DNA of 64,000 nucleotides from Eledone cirrhosa. Taxonomy: Eukaryota. Below the pieces are notes generated by a model that worked only from the letters and a program-made list of their open reading frames with translations, ran no database searches and was not told where the DNA came from. The translations under genes were made by a program, and so were the position numbers. Position 1 is the stretch's first letter, and every line of letters begins with the position of its first letter. Location of the stretch: assembly GCA_964016885.1 (NCBI GenBank), contig OZ024745.1:8990001-9054000 (forward strand). The letters are read 5' to 3'. Positions 1 to 15,000 of this stretch are shown piece by piece.

Positions 1-3000
1 ATAGTGTCCAGTTAGTGTCATCATATGTAATATAGTGTCAAGTTAGTGTCACTATATGTAATATAGGGTCAAGTTAGTGTCACCATATGTAATATAGTGT
101 CAAGTTTGTGTCATCATATGTAATATAGTGTCAAGTTACTGTCACTATATGTAATATAGTGTCAAGTTAGTGTAACCATATGTAATATAGTGTCAAGTTA
201 GTGACATCATATGTAATATAGTGTCAAGTTAGTGTCATCATATGTAATATAGGGTCAAGTTAGTGTCATCATATGTAATATAGTGTCAAGTTAGTGTCAC
301 TATATGTAATATAGTGTCAAGTTAGTGTCACCATATGTAATATAGTGTCAAGTTAGTGTCATAATATGTAATATAGTGTCAAGTTAGTGTCACTATATGT
401 AATATAGTGTCAAGTTAGTGTCACCATATGTAATATAGTGTCAAGTCAGTGTCATCATGTGTAATATAGTGTGAAGTTAGTGTCAGCATATGTAATATAG
501 GGTCAAGTTAGTGTCATCATAAATAATATAGTGTCAGTTTAGTGTCATCATATGTAATATAGTTAGTGTCATCATATGTAATACAGTTAGTGTCATCATA
601 TGTAATATAGTTAGTGTCAAGTTAGTGTCATCATATGTAATAGAGTATCAAGTTAGTGTCATCATATGTAATATAGTGTAAAGTTAGTGTCACCATATGT
701 AATATAGTTAGTGTCAGGTTAGTGTCATAATATGTAATATAGTTAGTGTCAAGTTAGTGTCATCATATGTAATATAGTGTCAGGTTAGTGTCATCATATG
801 TAATATAGTGTCAAGTTAGTGTCATAATATGAAATTTAGTGTCAAGTTAGTGTCACCATATGTAATATAGTTAGTGTCAGGTTAGTGTCATAATATGTAA
901 TATAGTTAGTGTCAAGTTAGTGTCATCATATGTAATATAGGGTCAAGTTAGTGTCATCATATGTAATATAGTGTCAAGTTAGTGTCATCATATGTAATAT
1001 AGGGTCAAGTTAGTTTCATCATATGTAATATAGTGTCAAGTTAGTGTCACTATATGTAATATAGTGTCAAGTAGGTGTCACCATATGTAATATAGTGTCG
1101 AGTTAGTGTCATCATATGTAATATAGTGTCAAGTTAGTGTCATCATATGTAATATAGGGTCAAGTTAGTGTCATCATATGTAATATAGTGTCAAGTTAGT
1201 GTCACTATATGTAATATAGTGTCAGGTTAGTGTCATCATATGTAATATAGGGTCAAGTTAGTGTCATCATATGTAATATAGTGTCAAGTTAGTGTCACTA
1301 TATGTAATATAGTGTCAAGTTAGTGTCACCATATGTAATATAGTGTCAAGTTAGTGTCATCATATGTAATATAGTGTCAAGTTAGTGTCATCATATGTAA
1401 TATAGGGTCAAGTTAGTGTCATCATGTGTAATATAGTGTCAAGTTAGTGTCATCATATGTAATATAGGGTCCAGTTAGTGTCATCATATGTAATATAGTG
1501 TCAAGTTAGTGTCACTATATGTAATATAGTGTCAAGTTAGTGTCACCATATGTAATATAGTGTCACGTTAGTGTCATCATATGTAATATGGTGTCAATTT
1601 AGTGTCATTATATGTAATATAGTCTCAAGTTAGTGTCATCATATGTAATATAGTTAGTGTTAAGTTAGTGTCATCATATGTAATATAGTGTCAAGATAGT
1701 GTCATCATATGTAATATAGTTAGTGCCATCATATGTAATATAGTATCAAGTTAGTGTCATCATAAATAATATAGTGTCAGGTTACTGTCATCATATGTAA
1801 TATAGTTAGTGTCATCATATGTAATATAGTTAGTGTCAAGTTAGTGTCATCATATGTAATAGAGTATCAAGTTAGTGTCATCATATGTAACATAGTGTTA
1901 AGTTAGTGTCATCATATGTAATATAGTGTCAAGTTAGTTTCATCATATGTAATATAGTTAGTGTCATCATATGTAATATAGTTAGTGTCATCATATGTAA
2001 TATAGTTAGTGTCAAGTTAGTGTCATCATATGTAATAGAGTATCAAGTTAGTGTCATCATATGTAACATAGTGTTAAGTTAGTGTCATCATATGTAATAT
2101 AGTGTCAAGTTAGTTTCATCATATGTAATATAGTTAGTGTTATCATATGTAATATAGTGTCAAGTTAGTGTCACCATATGTAATATAGTTAGTGTCAGGT
2201 TAGTGTCATAATATGTAATATAGTTAGTGTCAAGTTAGTGCCATCATATGTAATATAGGGTCAAGTTAGTGTCATCATATGTAATATAGTGTCAAGTTAG
2301 TGTCACTATATGTAATATAGTGTCAAGTTAGTGTCACCATATGTAATATAGTGTCAGGTTAGTGTCATCATATGTAATATAGTGTCAAGTTAGTGTCATC
2401 ATATGTAATATAGGGTCAAGTTAGTGTCATCATGTGTAATATAGTGTCAAGTTAGTGTCATCATATGTAATATAGGGTCAAGTTAGTGTCACCATATGTA
2501 ATATAGTGTCAAGTTAGTGTCATCATATGTAATATAGTGTCAAGTTAGTGTCACTATATGTAATATAGTGTCAAGTTAGTGTAACCATATGTAATATAGT
2601 GTCAAGTTAGTGACATCATATGTAATATAGTGTCAAGTTAGTGTCATCATATGTAATATAGGGTCAAGTTAGTGTCATCATATGTAATATAGTGTCAAGT
2701 TAGTGTCACTATATGTAATATAGTGTCAAGTTAGTGTCACTATATGTAATATAGTGTCAAGTTAGTGTCATAATATGTAATATAGTGTCAAGTTAGTGTC
2801 ACTATATGTAATATAGTGTCAAGTTAGTGTCACCATATGTAATATAGTGTCAAGTTAGTGTCATCATGTGTAATATAGTGTGAAGTTAGTGTCAGCATAT
2901 GTAATATAGGGTCAAGTTAGTGTCATCATAAATAATATAGTGTCAGGTTAGTGTCATCATATGTAATATAGTTAGTGTCATCATATGTAATACAGTTAGT

Positions 3001-6000
3001 GTCATCATATGTAATATAGTTAGTGTCAAGTTAGTGTCATCATATGTAATAGAGTATCAAGTTAGTGTCATCATATGTAATATAGTGTAAAGTTAGTGTC
3101 ACCATATGTAATATAGTTAGTGTCAGGTTAGTGTCATAATATGTAATATAGTTAGTGTCAAGTTAGTGTCATCATATGTAATATAGTGTCAGGTTAGTGT
3201 CATCATATGTAATATAGTGTCAAGTTAGTGTCATAATATGAAATTTAGTGTCAAGTTAGTGTCACCATATGTAATATAGTTAGTGTCAGGTTAGTGTCAT
3301 AATATGTAATATAGTTAGTGTCAAGTTAGTGTCATCATATGTAATATAGGGTCAAGTTAGTGTCATCATATGTAATATAGTGTCAAGTTAGTGTCATCAT
3401 ATGTAATATAGGGTCAAGTTAGTTTCATCATATGTAATATAGTGTCAAGTTAGTGTCACTATATGTAATATAGTGTCAAGTAGGTGTCACCATATGTAAT
3501 ATAGTGTCGAGTTAGTGTCATCATATGTAATATAGTGTCAAGTTAGTGTCATCATATGTAATATAGGGTCAAGTTAGTGTCATCATATGTAATATAGTGT
3601 CAAGTTAGTGTCACTATATGTAATATAGTGTCAAGTTAGTGTCATCATATGTAATATAGGGTCAAGTTAGTGTCATCATATGTAATATAGTGTCAAGTTA
3701 GTGTCACTATATGTAATATAGTGTCAAGTTAGTGTCACCATATGTAATATAGTTTCAAGTTAGTGTCATCATATGTAATATAGTGTCAAGTTAGTGTCAT
3801 CATATGTAATATAGGGTCAAGTTAGTGTCATCATGTGTAATATAGTGTCAAGTTAGTGTCATCATATGTAATATAGTGTCAAGTTAGTGTCATCTTATGT
3901 AATATAGTGTCAAGTTAGTGTCACTATATGTAATATAGTGTCAAGTTAGTGTCATCATATGTAATATAGTGTCAAGTTAGTGTCATCATATGTAATATAG
4001 TTAGTGTCAAGTTAGTGTCATCATATGTAATAGAGTATCAAGTTAGTGTCATCATATGTAACATAGTGTTAAGTTAGTGTCATCATATGTAATATAGTGT
4101 CAAGTTAGTTTCGTCATATGTAATATAGTTAGTGTTATCATATGTAATATAGTGTCAAGTTAGTGTCACCATATGTAATATAGTTAGTGTCAGGTTAGTG
4201 TCATAATATGTAATATAGTTAGTGTCAACTTAGTGCCATCATATGTAATATAGGATCAAGTTAGTGTCATCATATGTAATATAGTGTCAAGTTAGTGTCA
4301 TCATATGTAATTTAGTGTCAAGTTAGTGTCAACATATGTAATATAGTGTCAAGTTAGTGTCATCATATGTAATATAGTGTCAAGTTAGTGTCATCATATG
4401 TAATATAGTTAGTGTCAGGTTAGTGTCATCATATGTAATATAGTTAGTGTCAAGTTAGTGTCATCATATGTAATATAGTTATTTTGAAGTTAGTGTCACC
4501 ATATGTAATATAGTTAGTGTCATCATATGTAATATAGTGTCAAGTTAGTGTCAACATATGTAATATAGTGTCAAGTTAGTGTCATCATATGTAATTTAGT
4601 GCCAACTTAATGTCACCATATGTAATATAGTTAGTATCAAGTTAGTGTCATCAGATGTAATATAGTTAGTGTCAAGATAATGTCATCATATGTAATATAG
4701 TTAGTGCCATTTAATGTCACCATATGTAATATAGTTACTGTCAAGTTAGTGTCACCATATGTAATATAGTGTCAGGTTAGTGTCATCATATGTAATATAG
4801 TGTCAAGTTAGTGTCATCATATGTAATATAGTGTCAAGTTAGTGTCATCATGTGTAATATAGTGTCAAGTTAGTGTCATCATATGTAATATAGTTAGTGT
4901 CAAGTTAGTGTCATCATATGTAATATAGTGTCAAGTTAGTGTCATCATATGTAATATAGTATCAAGTTAGTGTCATCATATGTAATATAGTGTCAAGTTA
5001 GTGTCATCATATGTAATATAGTGTCAAGTTAGTGTCACAATATGTAATATAGTTAGTGTCAGGTTAGTGTCATAATATGTAATATAGTTAGTGGCAAGTT
5101 AGTGTCATCATATGTAATATAGGGTCAAGTTAGTGTCATCATATGTAATATAGTGTCAAGTTAGTGTCATCATATGTAATACAGGGTCAAGTTAGTGTCA
5201 TCATATGTAATATAGTGTCAAGTTAGTGTCACTATATGTGATATAGTGTCAAGTTAGTGTCACCATATGTAATATAGTGTCAAGTTAGTGTCATCATATG
5301 TAATATAGGGTCAAGTTAGTGTCATCATGTGTAAAATAGTGTCAGGTTAGTGTCATCATATGTAATATAGTGTCAAGTTAGTGTCATCATATGTAATATA
5401 GTGTCAAGTTAGTGTCACTATATGTAATATAGTGTCAAGTTAGTGTCACCATATGTAATATAGTGTCACGTTAGTGTCATCATATGTAATATAGGGTCAA
5501 GTTAGTGTCATCATATGTAATATAGTGTCAAGTTAGTGTCACTATATGTAATATAGTGTCAAGTTAGTGTCACCATATGTAATATAGTGTCAAGTCAGTG
5601 TCATCTTATGTAATATAGTGTCAAGTTAGTGTCATCATACGTAATATAGTATCAAGTTAGTGTCATCATAAATAATATAGTGTCAGGTTAGTGTCATCAT
5701 ATGTAATATAGTTAGTGTCATCATATGTAATATAGTGTAACGTTAGTGTCACCATATGTAATATAGTTAGTGTCAGGTTAGGGTCATAATATGTAATATA
5801 GTTAGTGTCAAGTTAGTGTCATCATATGTAATATAGTGTCAGGTTAGTCTCATCATATGTAATATAGTGTCAAGTTAGTGTCATCATATGTAATTTAGTG
5901 TCAAGTTAGTGTCACCATATGTAATATAGTTAGTGTCAGGTTAGTGTCATAATATGTAATATAGTTAGTGTCAAGTTAGTGTCATCATATGTAATATAGT

Positions 6001-9000
6001 GTCAAGTTAGTGTCATCATATGTAATATAGGGTCAAGTTAGTTTCATCATATGTAATATAGTGTCAAGTTAGTGTCACTATATGTAATATAGTGTCAAGT
6101 TAGTGTCACCATATGTAATATAGTGTCAATTTAGTGTCATCATATGTAATATAGTGTCAAGTTAGTGTCATCATATGTAATATAGGGTCAAGTTAGTGTC
6201 ATCATATGTAATATAGTGTCAAGTTAGTGTCACTATATGTAATATAGTGTCAAGTTAGTGTCATCATATGTAATATAGGGTCAAGTTAGTGTCATCATAT
6301 GTAATATAGTGTCAAGTTAGTGTCACTATATGTAATATAGTGTCAAGTTAGTGTCACCATATGTAATATAGTGTCAAGTTAGTGTCATCTTATTTAACAT
6401 AGTGTCAAGTTAGTGTCATCATATGTAATATAGGGTCAAGTTAGTGTCATCATGTGTAATATAGTGTCAAGTTAGTGTCATCATATGTAATATAGGGTCA
6501 AGTTAGTGTCATCATATGTAATATAGTGTCAAGTTAGAGTCACTATATGTAATATAGTGTCAAGTTAGTGTCACCATATGTAATAAAGTGTCAAGTTAGT
6601 GTCATCATATGTAATATGGTGTCAAGTTAGTGTCATCGTATGTAATATAGTGTCAAGTTAGTGTCATCATATGTAATATAGTTAGTGTCATCATATGTAA
6701 TATAGTGTCAAGTTAGTGTCACCATATGTAATATAGTTAGTGTCAGGTTAGTGTCATAATATGTAATATAGTTAGTGTCAAGTTAGCGTCATCATATGTA
6801 ATATAGTGTCAAGTTAGTGTCATCATATGTAATATAGTTAGTGTCAAGTTAGTGTCATCATTTGTAATATAGTGTCAAGTTAGTGTCATCATATGTAATA
6901 TAGTTAGTGTTATCATATGTAATATAGTATCAAGTTAGTGTCATCATAAATAATATAGTGTCAGGTTAGTGTCATCATATGTAATATATTTAGTGTCATC
7001 ATATGTAATATAGTTAGTGTCATCATATGTAATATAGTTAGTGTCAATTTAGTGTCATCATATGTAATAGAGTATCAAGTTAGTGTCATCAAATGTAATA
7101 TAGTGTTAAGTTAGTGTCATCATATGTAATATAGTGTCAAGTTAGTGTCATCATATGTAATATAGTGTCAAGTTAGTGTCACTATATATAATATAGTGTC
7201 AGGTTAGTGTCATCATATGTAATATAGGGTCAAGTTAGTGTCATCATATGTATTATAGTTAGTGTCATCATATGTAATATAGTGTCAAGTTAGTGTCACC
7301 ATATGTAATATAGTTAGTGTCAGGTTAGTGTCATAATATGTAATATAGTTAGTGTCAAGTTAGTGTCATCATATGTAATATAGGGTCACGTTAGTGTCAT
7401 CATATGTAATATAGTGTCAAGTTAGTGTCATCATATGTAATTTAGTGTAACGTTAGTGTCACCATATGTAATATAGTGTCAGGTTAGTGTCATCATATGT
7501 AATTTAGTGTGAAGTTAGTGCCACCATATGTAATATAGTTAGTGTCAGGTTAGTGTCATCATATGTAATATAGTTAGTGTCAAGTTAGTGTCATCATATG
7601 TAATATAGTTAGTGTCAAGTTAGTGTCATCATATGTAATATAGGGTCAAGTTAGTGTCATCATATGTAATATAGTGTCAAGTTAGTGTCATCATATGTAA
7701 TATAGGGTCAAGTTAGTTTCATCATATGTAATATAGTGTCAAGTTAGTGTCACTATATGTAATATAGTGTCAAGTTAGTGTCACCATATGTAATATAGTG
7801 TCAAGTTAGTGTCATCATATGTAATATAGTGTCAAGTTAGTGTCATCATATGTAATATAGGGTCAAATTAGTGTCATCATATGTAATATAGTGTCAAGTT
7901 AGTGTCACTATATGTAATATAGTGTCAAGTTAGTGTCACCATATGTAATATAGTGTCAAGTTAGTGTCATCATATGTAATAGAGTATCAAGTTAGTGTCA
8001 TCATATGTAACATAGTGTTAAGTTAGTGTTATCATATGTAATATAGTGTCAAGTTAGTGTCACCATATGTAATATAATTAGTGTCAGGTTAGTGTCATAA
8101 TATGTAATATAGTTAGTGTCAAGTTAGTGCCATTATATGTAATATAGGGTCAAGTTAGTGTCATCATATGTAATATAGTGTCAAGTTAGTGTCATCATAT
8201 GTAATATAGTGTCAAGTTAGTGTCATCATATGTAATATAGGGTCAAGTTAGTGTCATCATGTGTAATATAGTGTCAAGTTAGTGTCATCATATGTAATAT
8301 AGGGTCAAGTTAGTGTCACTATATGTAATATAGTGTCAAGTTAGTGTCATCATATGTAATATGGTGTCAATTTAGTGTCATCATATGTAATATAGTCTCA
8401 AGTTAGTGTCATCATATGTAATATAGTTAGTGCCATTTAATGTCACCATATGGAATATAGTTACTGTCAAGTTAGTGTCACCCTATGTAATATAGTGTCA
8501 GGTTAGTGTCATCATATGTAATATAGTGTCAAGTTAGTGTCATCATATGTAATATAGTGTCAAGTTAGTGTCATCATATGTAATATAGTGTCAAGTTAGT
8601 GTCATCATATGTAATATAGTTAGTGTCAAGTTAGTGTCATCATATGTAATATAGTGTCAAGTTAGTGTCATCATGTGTAATATAGTATCAAGTTAGTGTC
8701 ATCATATGTAATATAGTGTCAAGTTAGTGTCATCATATGTAATATAGTTAGTGTCATCATATGTAATATAGTGTCAAGTTAGTGTCACAATATGTAATAT
8801 AGTTAGTGTCAAGTTAGTGTCATAATATGTAATATAGTTAGTGGCAAGTTAGTGTCATCATATGTAATATAGTGTCAAGTTAGTGTCATCATATGTAATA
8901 GAGTATCAAGTTAGTGTCATCATATGTAACATAGTGTTAAGTTAGTGTTATCATATGTAATATAGTGTCAAGTTAGTGTCACCATATGTAATATAATTAG

Positions 9001-12000
9001 TGTCAGGTTAGTGTCATAATATGTAATATAGTTAGTGTCAAGTTAGTGCCATTATATGTAATATAGGGTCAAGTTAGTGTCATCATACGTAATATAGTGT
9101 CAAGTTAGTGTCATCATATGTAATATAGTGTCAAGTTAGTGTCATCATATGTAATATAGGGTCAAGTTAGTGTCATCATGTGTAATATAGTGTCAAGTTA
9201 GTGTCATCATATGTAATATAGGGTCAGGTTAGTGTCATCATATGTAATATAGTGTCAAGTTAGTGTCACTATATGTAATATAGTGTCAAGTTAGTGTCAT
9301 CATATGTAATATGGTGTCAATTTAGTGTCATCATATGTAATATAGTCTCAAGTTAGTGTCATCATATGTAATATAGTTAGTGTTAAGTTAGTGTCATCAT
9401 ATGTAATATAGTGTCAAGATAGTGTCATCATATGTAATATAGTTAGGGCCATCATATGTAATATAGTATCAAGTTAGTGTCATCATAAATAATATAGTGT
9501 CAGGTTACTGTCATCATATGTAATATAGTTAGTGTTATCATATGTAATATAGTTAGTGTCATCATATGTAATATAGTTAGTGTCAAGTTAGTGTCATCAT
9601 ATGTAATAGAGTATCAAGTTAGTGTCATCATATGTAACATAGTGTTAAGTTAGTGTCATCATAAGTAATATAGTGTCAAGTTAGTTTCATCATATGTAAT
9701 ATAGTTAGTGTTATCATATGTAATATAGAGTCAAGTTAGTGTCACCATATGTAATATAGTTAGTGTCAGGTTAGTGTCATAATATGTAATATAGTTAGTG
9801 TCAAGTTAGTGCCATCATATGTAATATAGGATCAAGTTAGTGTCATCATATGTAATATAGTGTCAAGTTAGTGTCATCATATGTAATTTAGTGTCAAGTT
9901 AGTGTCAACATATGTAATATAGTGTCAAGTTAGTGTCATCATATGTAAGTTAGTGCCAAGTTAGTGTCACCATATGTAATATAGTTAGTGTCAGGTTAGT
10001 GTCATCATATGTAATATAGTTAGTGTCAAGTTAGTGTCATCATATGTAATATAGTTATTTTGAAGTTAGTGTCACCATATGTAATATAGTTAGTGTCATC
10101 ATATGTAATATAGTATCAAGTTAGTGTCATCAGATGTAATATAGTTAGTGTCAAGTTAATGTCATCATATGTAATATAGTTAGTGCCATTTAATGTCACC
10201 ATATGGAATATAGTTACTGTCAAGTTAGTGTCACCCTATGTAATATAGTGTCAGGTTAGTGTCATCATATGTAATATAGTGTCAAGTTAGTGTCATCATA
10301 TGTAATATAGTGTCAAGTTAGTGTCATCATATGTAATATAGTGTCAAGTTAGTGTCATCATATGTAATATAGTTAGTGTCAAGTTAGTGTCATCATATGT
10401 AATATAGTGTCAAGTTAGTGTCATCATATGTAATATAGTATCAAGTTAGTGTCATCATATGTAATATAGTGTCAAGTTAGTGTCATCATATGTAATATAG
10501 TTAGTGTCATCATATGTAATATAGTGTCAAGTTAGTGTCACAATATGTAATATAGTTAGTGTCAGGTTAGTGTCATAATATGTAATATAGTTAGTGGCAA
10601 GTTAGTGTCATCATATGTAATATAGTGTCAAGTTAGTGTCATCATATGTAATAGAGTATCAAGTTAGTGTCATCATATGTAACATACTGTTAAGTTAGTG
10701 TTATCATATGTAATATAGTGTCAAGTTAGTGTCACCATATGTAATATAATTAGTGTCAGGTTAGTGTCATAATATGTAATATAGTTAGTGTCAAGTTAGT
10801 GCCATTATATGTAATATAGGGTCAAGTTAGTGTCATCATATGTAATATAGTGTCAAGTTAGTGTCATCATATGTAATATAGTGTCAAGTTAGTGTCACTA
10901 TATGTAATATAGTGTCAAGTTAGTGTCATCATATGTAATATGGTGTCAATTTAGTGTCATCATATGTAATATAGTCTCAAGTTAGTGTCATCATATGTAA
11001 TATAGTTAGTGTTAAGTTAGTGTCATCATATGTAATATAGTGTCAAGATAGTGTCATCATATGTAATATAGTTAGTGCCATCATATGTAATATAGTATCA
11101 AGTTACTGTCATCATAAATAATATAGTGTCAGGTTACTGTCATCATATGTAATATAGTTAGTGTCATCATATGTAATATAGTTAGTGTCATCATATGTAA
11201 TATAGTTAGTGTCAAGTTAGTGTCATCATATGTAATAGAGTATCAAGTTAGTGTCATCATATGTAACATAGTGTTAAGTTAGTGTCATCATTAGTAATAT
11301 AGTGTCAAGTTAGTTTCATCATATGTAATATAGTTAGTGTTATCATATGTAATATAGTGTCAAGTTAGTGTCACCATATGTAATATAGTTAGTGTCAGGT
11401 TAGTGTCATAATATGTAATATAGTTAGTGTCAAGTTAGTGCCATCATATGTAATATAGGATCAAGTTAGTGTCATCATATGTAATATAGTGTCAAGTTAG
11501 TGTCATCATATGTAATTTAGTGTCAAGTTAGTGTCAACATATGTAATATAGTGTCAAGTTAGTGTCATCATATGTAAGTTAGTGCCAAGTTAGTGTCACC
11601 ATATGTAATATAGTTAGTGTCAGGTTAGTGTCATCATATGTAATATAGTTAGTGTCAAGTTAGTGTCATCATATGTAATATAGTTATTTTGAAGTTAGTG
11701 TCACCATATGTAATATAGTTAGTGTCATCATATGTAATATAGTATCAAGTTAGTGTCATCAGATGTAATATAGTTAGTGTCAAGTTAATGTCATCATAAG
11801 TAATATAGTTAGTGCCATTTAATGTCACCATATGGAATATAGTTACTGTCAAGTTAGTGTCACCCTATGTAATATAGTGTCAGGTTAGTGTCATCATATG
11901 TAATATAGTGTCAAGTTAGTGTCATCATATGTAATATAGTGTCAAGTTAGTGTCATCATATGTAATATAGTGTCAAGTTAGTGTCATCATATGTAATATA

Positions 12001-15000
12001 GTTAGTGTCAAGTTAGTGTCATCATATGTAATATAGTGTCAAGTTAGTGTCATCATATGTAATATAGTATCAAGTTAGTGTCATCATATGTAATATAGTG
12101 TCAAGTTAGTGTCATCATATGTAATATAGTTAGTGTCATCATATGTAATATAGTGTCAAGTTAGTGTCACAATATGTAATATAGTTAGTGTCAGGTTAGT
12201 GTCATAATATGTAATATAGTTAGTGGCAAGTTAGTGTCATCATATGTAATATAGGGTCAAGTTAGTGTCATCATATGTAATATAGTGTCAAGTTAGTGTC
12301 ATCATATGTAATACAGGGTCAAGTTAGTGTCATCATATGTAATATAGTGTCAAGTTAGTGTCACTATATATGATATAGTGTCAAGTTAGTGTCACCATAT
12401 GTAATATAGTGTCAGGTTAGTGTCATCATATGTAATATAGGGTCAAGTTAGTGTCATCATGTGTAATATAGTGTCAGGTTAGTGTCATCATATGTAATAT
12501 AGGGTCAAGTTAGTGTCATCATATGTAATATAGTGTCAAGTTAGTGTCACTATATGTAATATAGTGTCAAGTTAGTGTCACCATATGTAATATAGTGTCA
12601 AGTTAGTGTCATCATATGTAATATAGGGTCAAGTTAGTGTCATCATATGTAATATAGTGTCAAGTTAGTGTCACTATATGTAATATAGTGTCAAGTTAGT
12701 GTCACCATATGTAATATAGTGTCAAGTTAGTGTCATCTTATGTAATATAGTGTCAAGTTAGTGTCATCATATGTAATATAGTATCAAGTTAGTGTCATCA
12801 TAAATAATATAGTGTCAGGTTAGTGTCATCATATGTAATATAGTTAGTGTCATCATATGTAATATAGTGTAGCGTTAGTGTCACCATATGTAATATAGTT
12901 AGTGTCAGGTTAGTGTCATAATATGTAATATAGTTAGTGTCAAGTTAGTGTCATCATATGTAATATAGTGTCAGGTTAGTGTCATCATATGTAATATAGT
13001 GTCAAGTTAGTGTCATCATATGTAATTTAGTGTCAAGTTAGTGACACCATATGTAATATAGTTAGTGTCAGGTTAGTGTCATAATATGTAATATAGTTAG
13101 TGTCAAGTTAGTGTCATCATATGTAATATAGGGTCAAGTTAGTGTCATCATATGTAATATAGTGTCAAGTTAGTGTCATCATATGTAATATAGGGTCAAG
13201 TTAGTTTCATCATATGTAATATAGTGTCAAGTTAGTGTCACTATATGTAATATAGTGTCAAGTTAGTGTCACCATATGTAATATAGTGTCAAGTTAGTGT
13301 CACCATATGTAATATAGTGTCAAGTTAGTGTCATCTTATGTAATATAGTGTCAAGTTAGTGTCATCATATGTAATATAGGGTCAAGTTAGTGTCATCATA
13401 TGTAATATAGTGTCAAGTTAGTGTCACTATATGTAATATAGTGTCAAGTTAGTGTCACCATATGTAATAAAGTGTCAAGTTAGTGTCATCATATGTAATA
13501 TGGTGTCAAGTTAGTGTCATCGTATGTAATATAGTTAGTGTCATCATATGTAATATAGTGTCAAGTTAGTGTCACCATATGTAATATAGTTAGTGTCAGG
13601 TTAGTGTCATACTATGTAATATAGTTAGTGTCAAGTTAGTGTCATCATATGTAATATAGTGTCAAGTTAGTGTCATCATATGTAATATAGTTAGTGTCAA
13701 GTTAGTGTCATCATATGTAATATAGTGTCAAGTTAGTGTCATCATATGTAATATAGTTAGTGTTATCATATGTAATATAGTATCAAGTTAGTGTCATCAT
13801 AAATAATATAGTGTCAGGTTAGTGTCATCATATGTAATATATTTAGTGTCATCATATGTAATATAGTTAGTGTCCTCATATGTAATATAGTTAGTGTCAA
13901 TTTAGTGTCATCATATGTAATAGAGTATCACGTTAGTGTCATCAAATGTAATATAGTGTTAAGTTAGTGTCATCATATGTAATATAGTGTCAAGTTAGTG
14001 TCATCATATGTAATATAGTGTCAAGTTAGTGTCACTATATGTAATATAGTGTCAGGTTAGTGTCATCATATGTAATATAGGGTCAAGTTAGTGTCATCAT
14101 ATGTAATATAGTTAGTGTCATCATATGTAATATAGGGTCAAGTTAGTGTCACCATATGTAATATAGTTAGTGTCAGGTTAGTGTCATCATATGTAATATA
14201 GTTAGTGTCAAGTTAGTGTCATCATATGTAATATAGTTAGTGTCAAGTTAGTGTCATCATATGTAATATAGGGTCAAGTTAGTGTCATCATATGTAATAT
14301 AGTGTCAAGTTAATGTCATCATATGTAATATAGGGTCAAGTTAGTGTCATCATATGTAATATAGTGTCAAGTTAGTGTCACTATATGTAATATAGTGTCA
14401 AGTTAGTGTCACCATATGTAATATAGTGTCAAGTTAGTGTCATCATATGTAATATAGTGTCAAGTTAGTGTCATCATATGTAATACAGGGTCAAGTTAGT
14501 GTCATCATATGTAATATAGGGTCAAGTTAGTGTCATCATATGTAATATAGTGTCAAGTCAGTGTCACTATATGTAATATAGTGTCAGGTTAGTGTCATCA
14601 TATGTAATATAGGGTCAAGTTAGTGTCATCATATGTAATATAGGGTCATGTTAGTGTCATCATATGTAATATAGTGTCAAGTTAGTGTCAATATATGTAA
14701 TATAGTGTCAGGTTAGTGTCATCATATGTAATATAGGGTCAAGTTAGTGTCATCATATGTAATATAGGGTCAAGTTAGTGTCATCATGTGTAATATAGTG
14801 TCAAGTTAGTGTCATCATATGTAATATAGGGTCAAGTTAGTGTCATCATATGTAATATAGTGTCAAGTTAGTGTCACTATATGTAATATAGTGTCAAGTT
14901 AGTGTCATCATATGTAATATAGTGTCAAGTTAGTGTCATCATATGTAATACAGGGTCAAGTTAGTGTCATCATATGTAATATAGGGTCAAGTTAGTGTCA

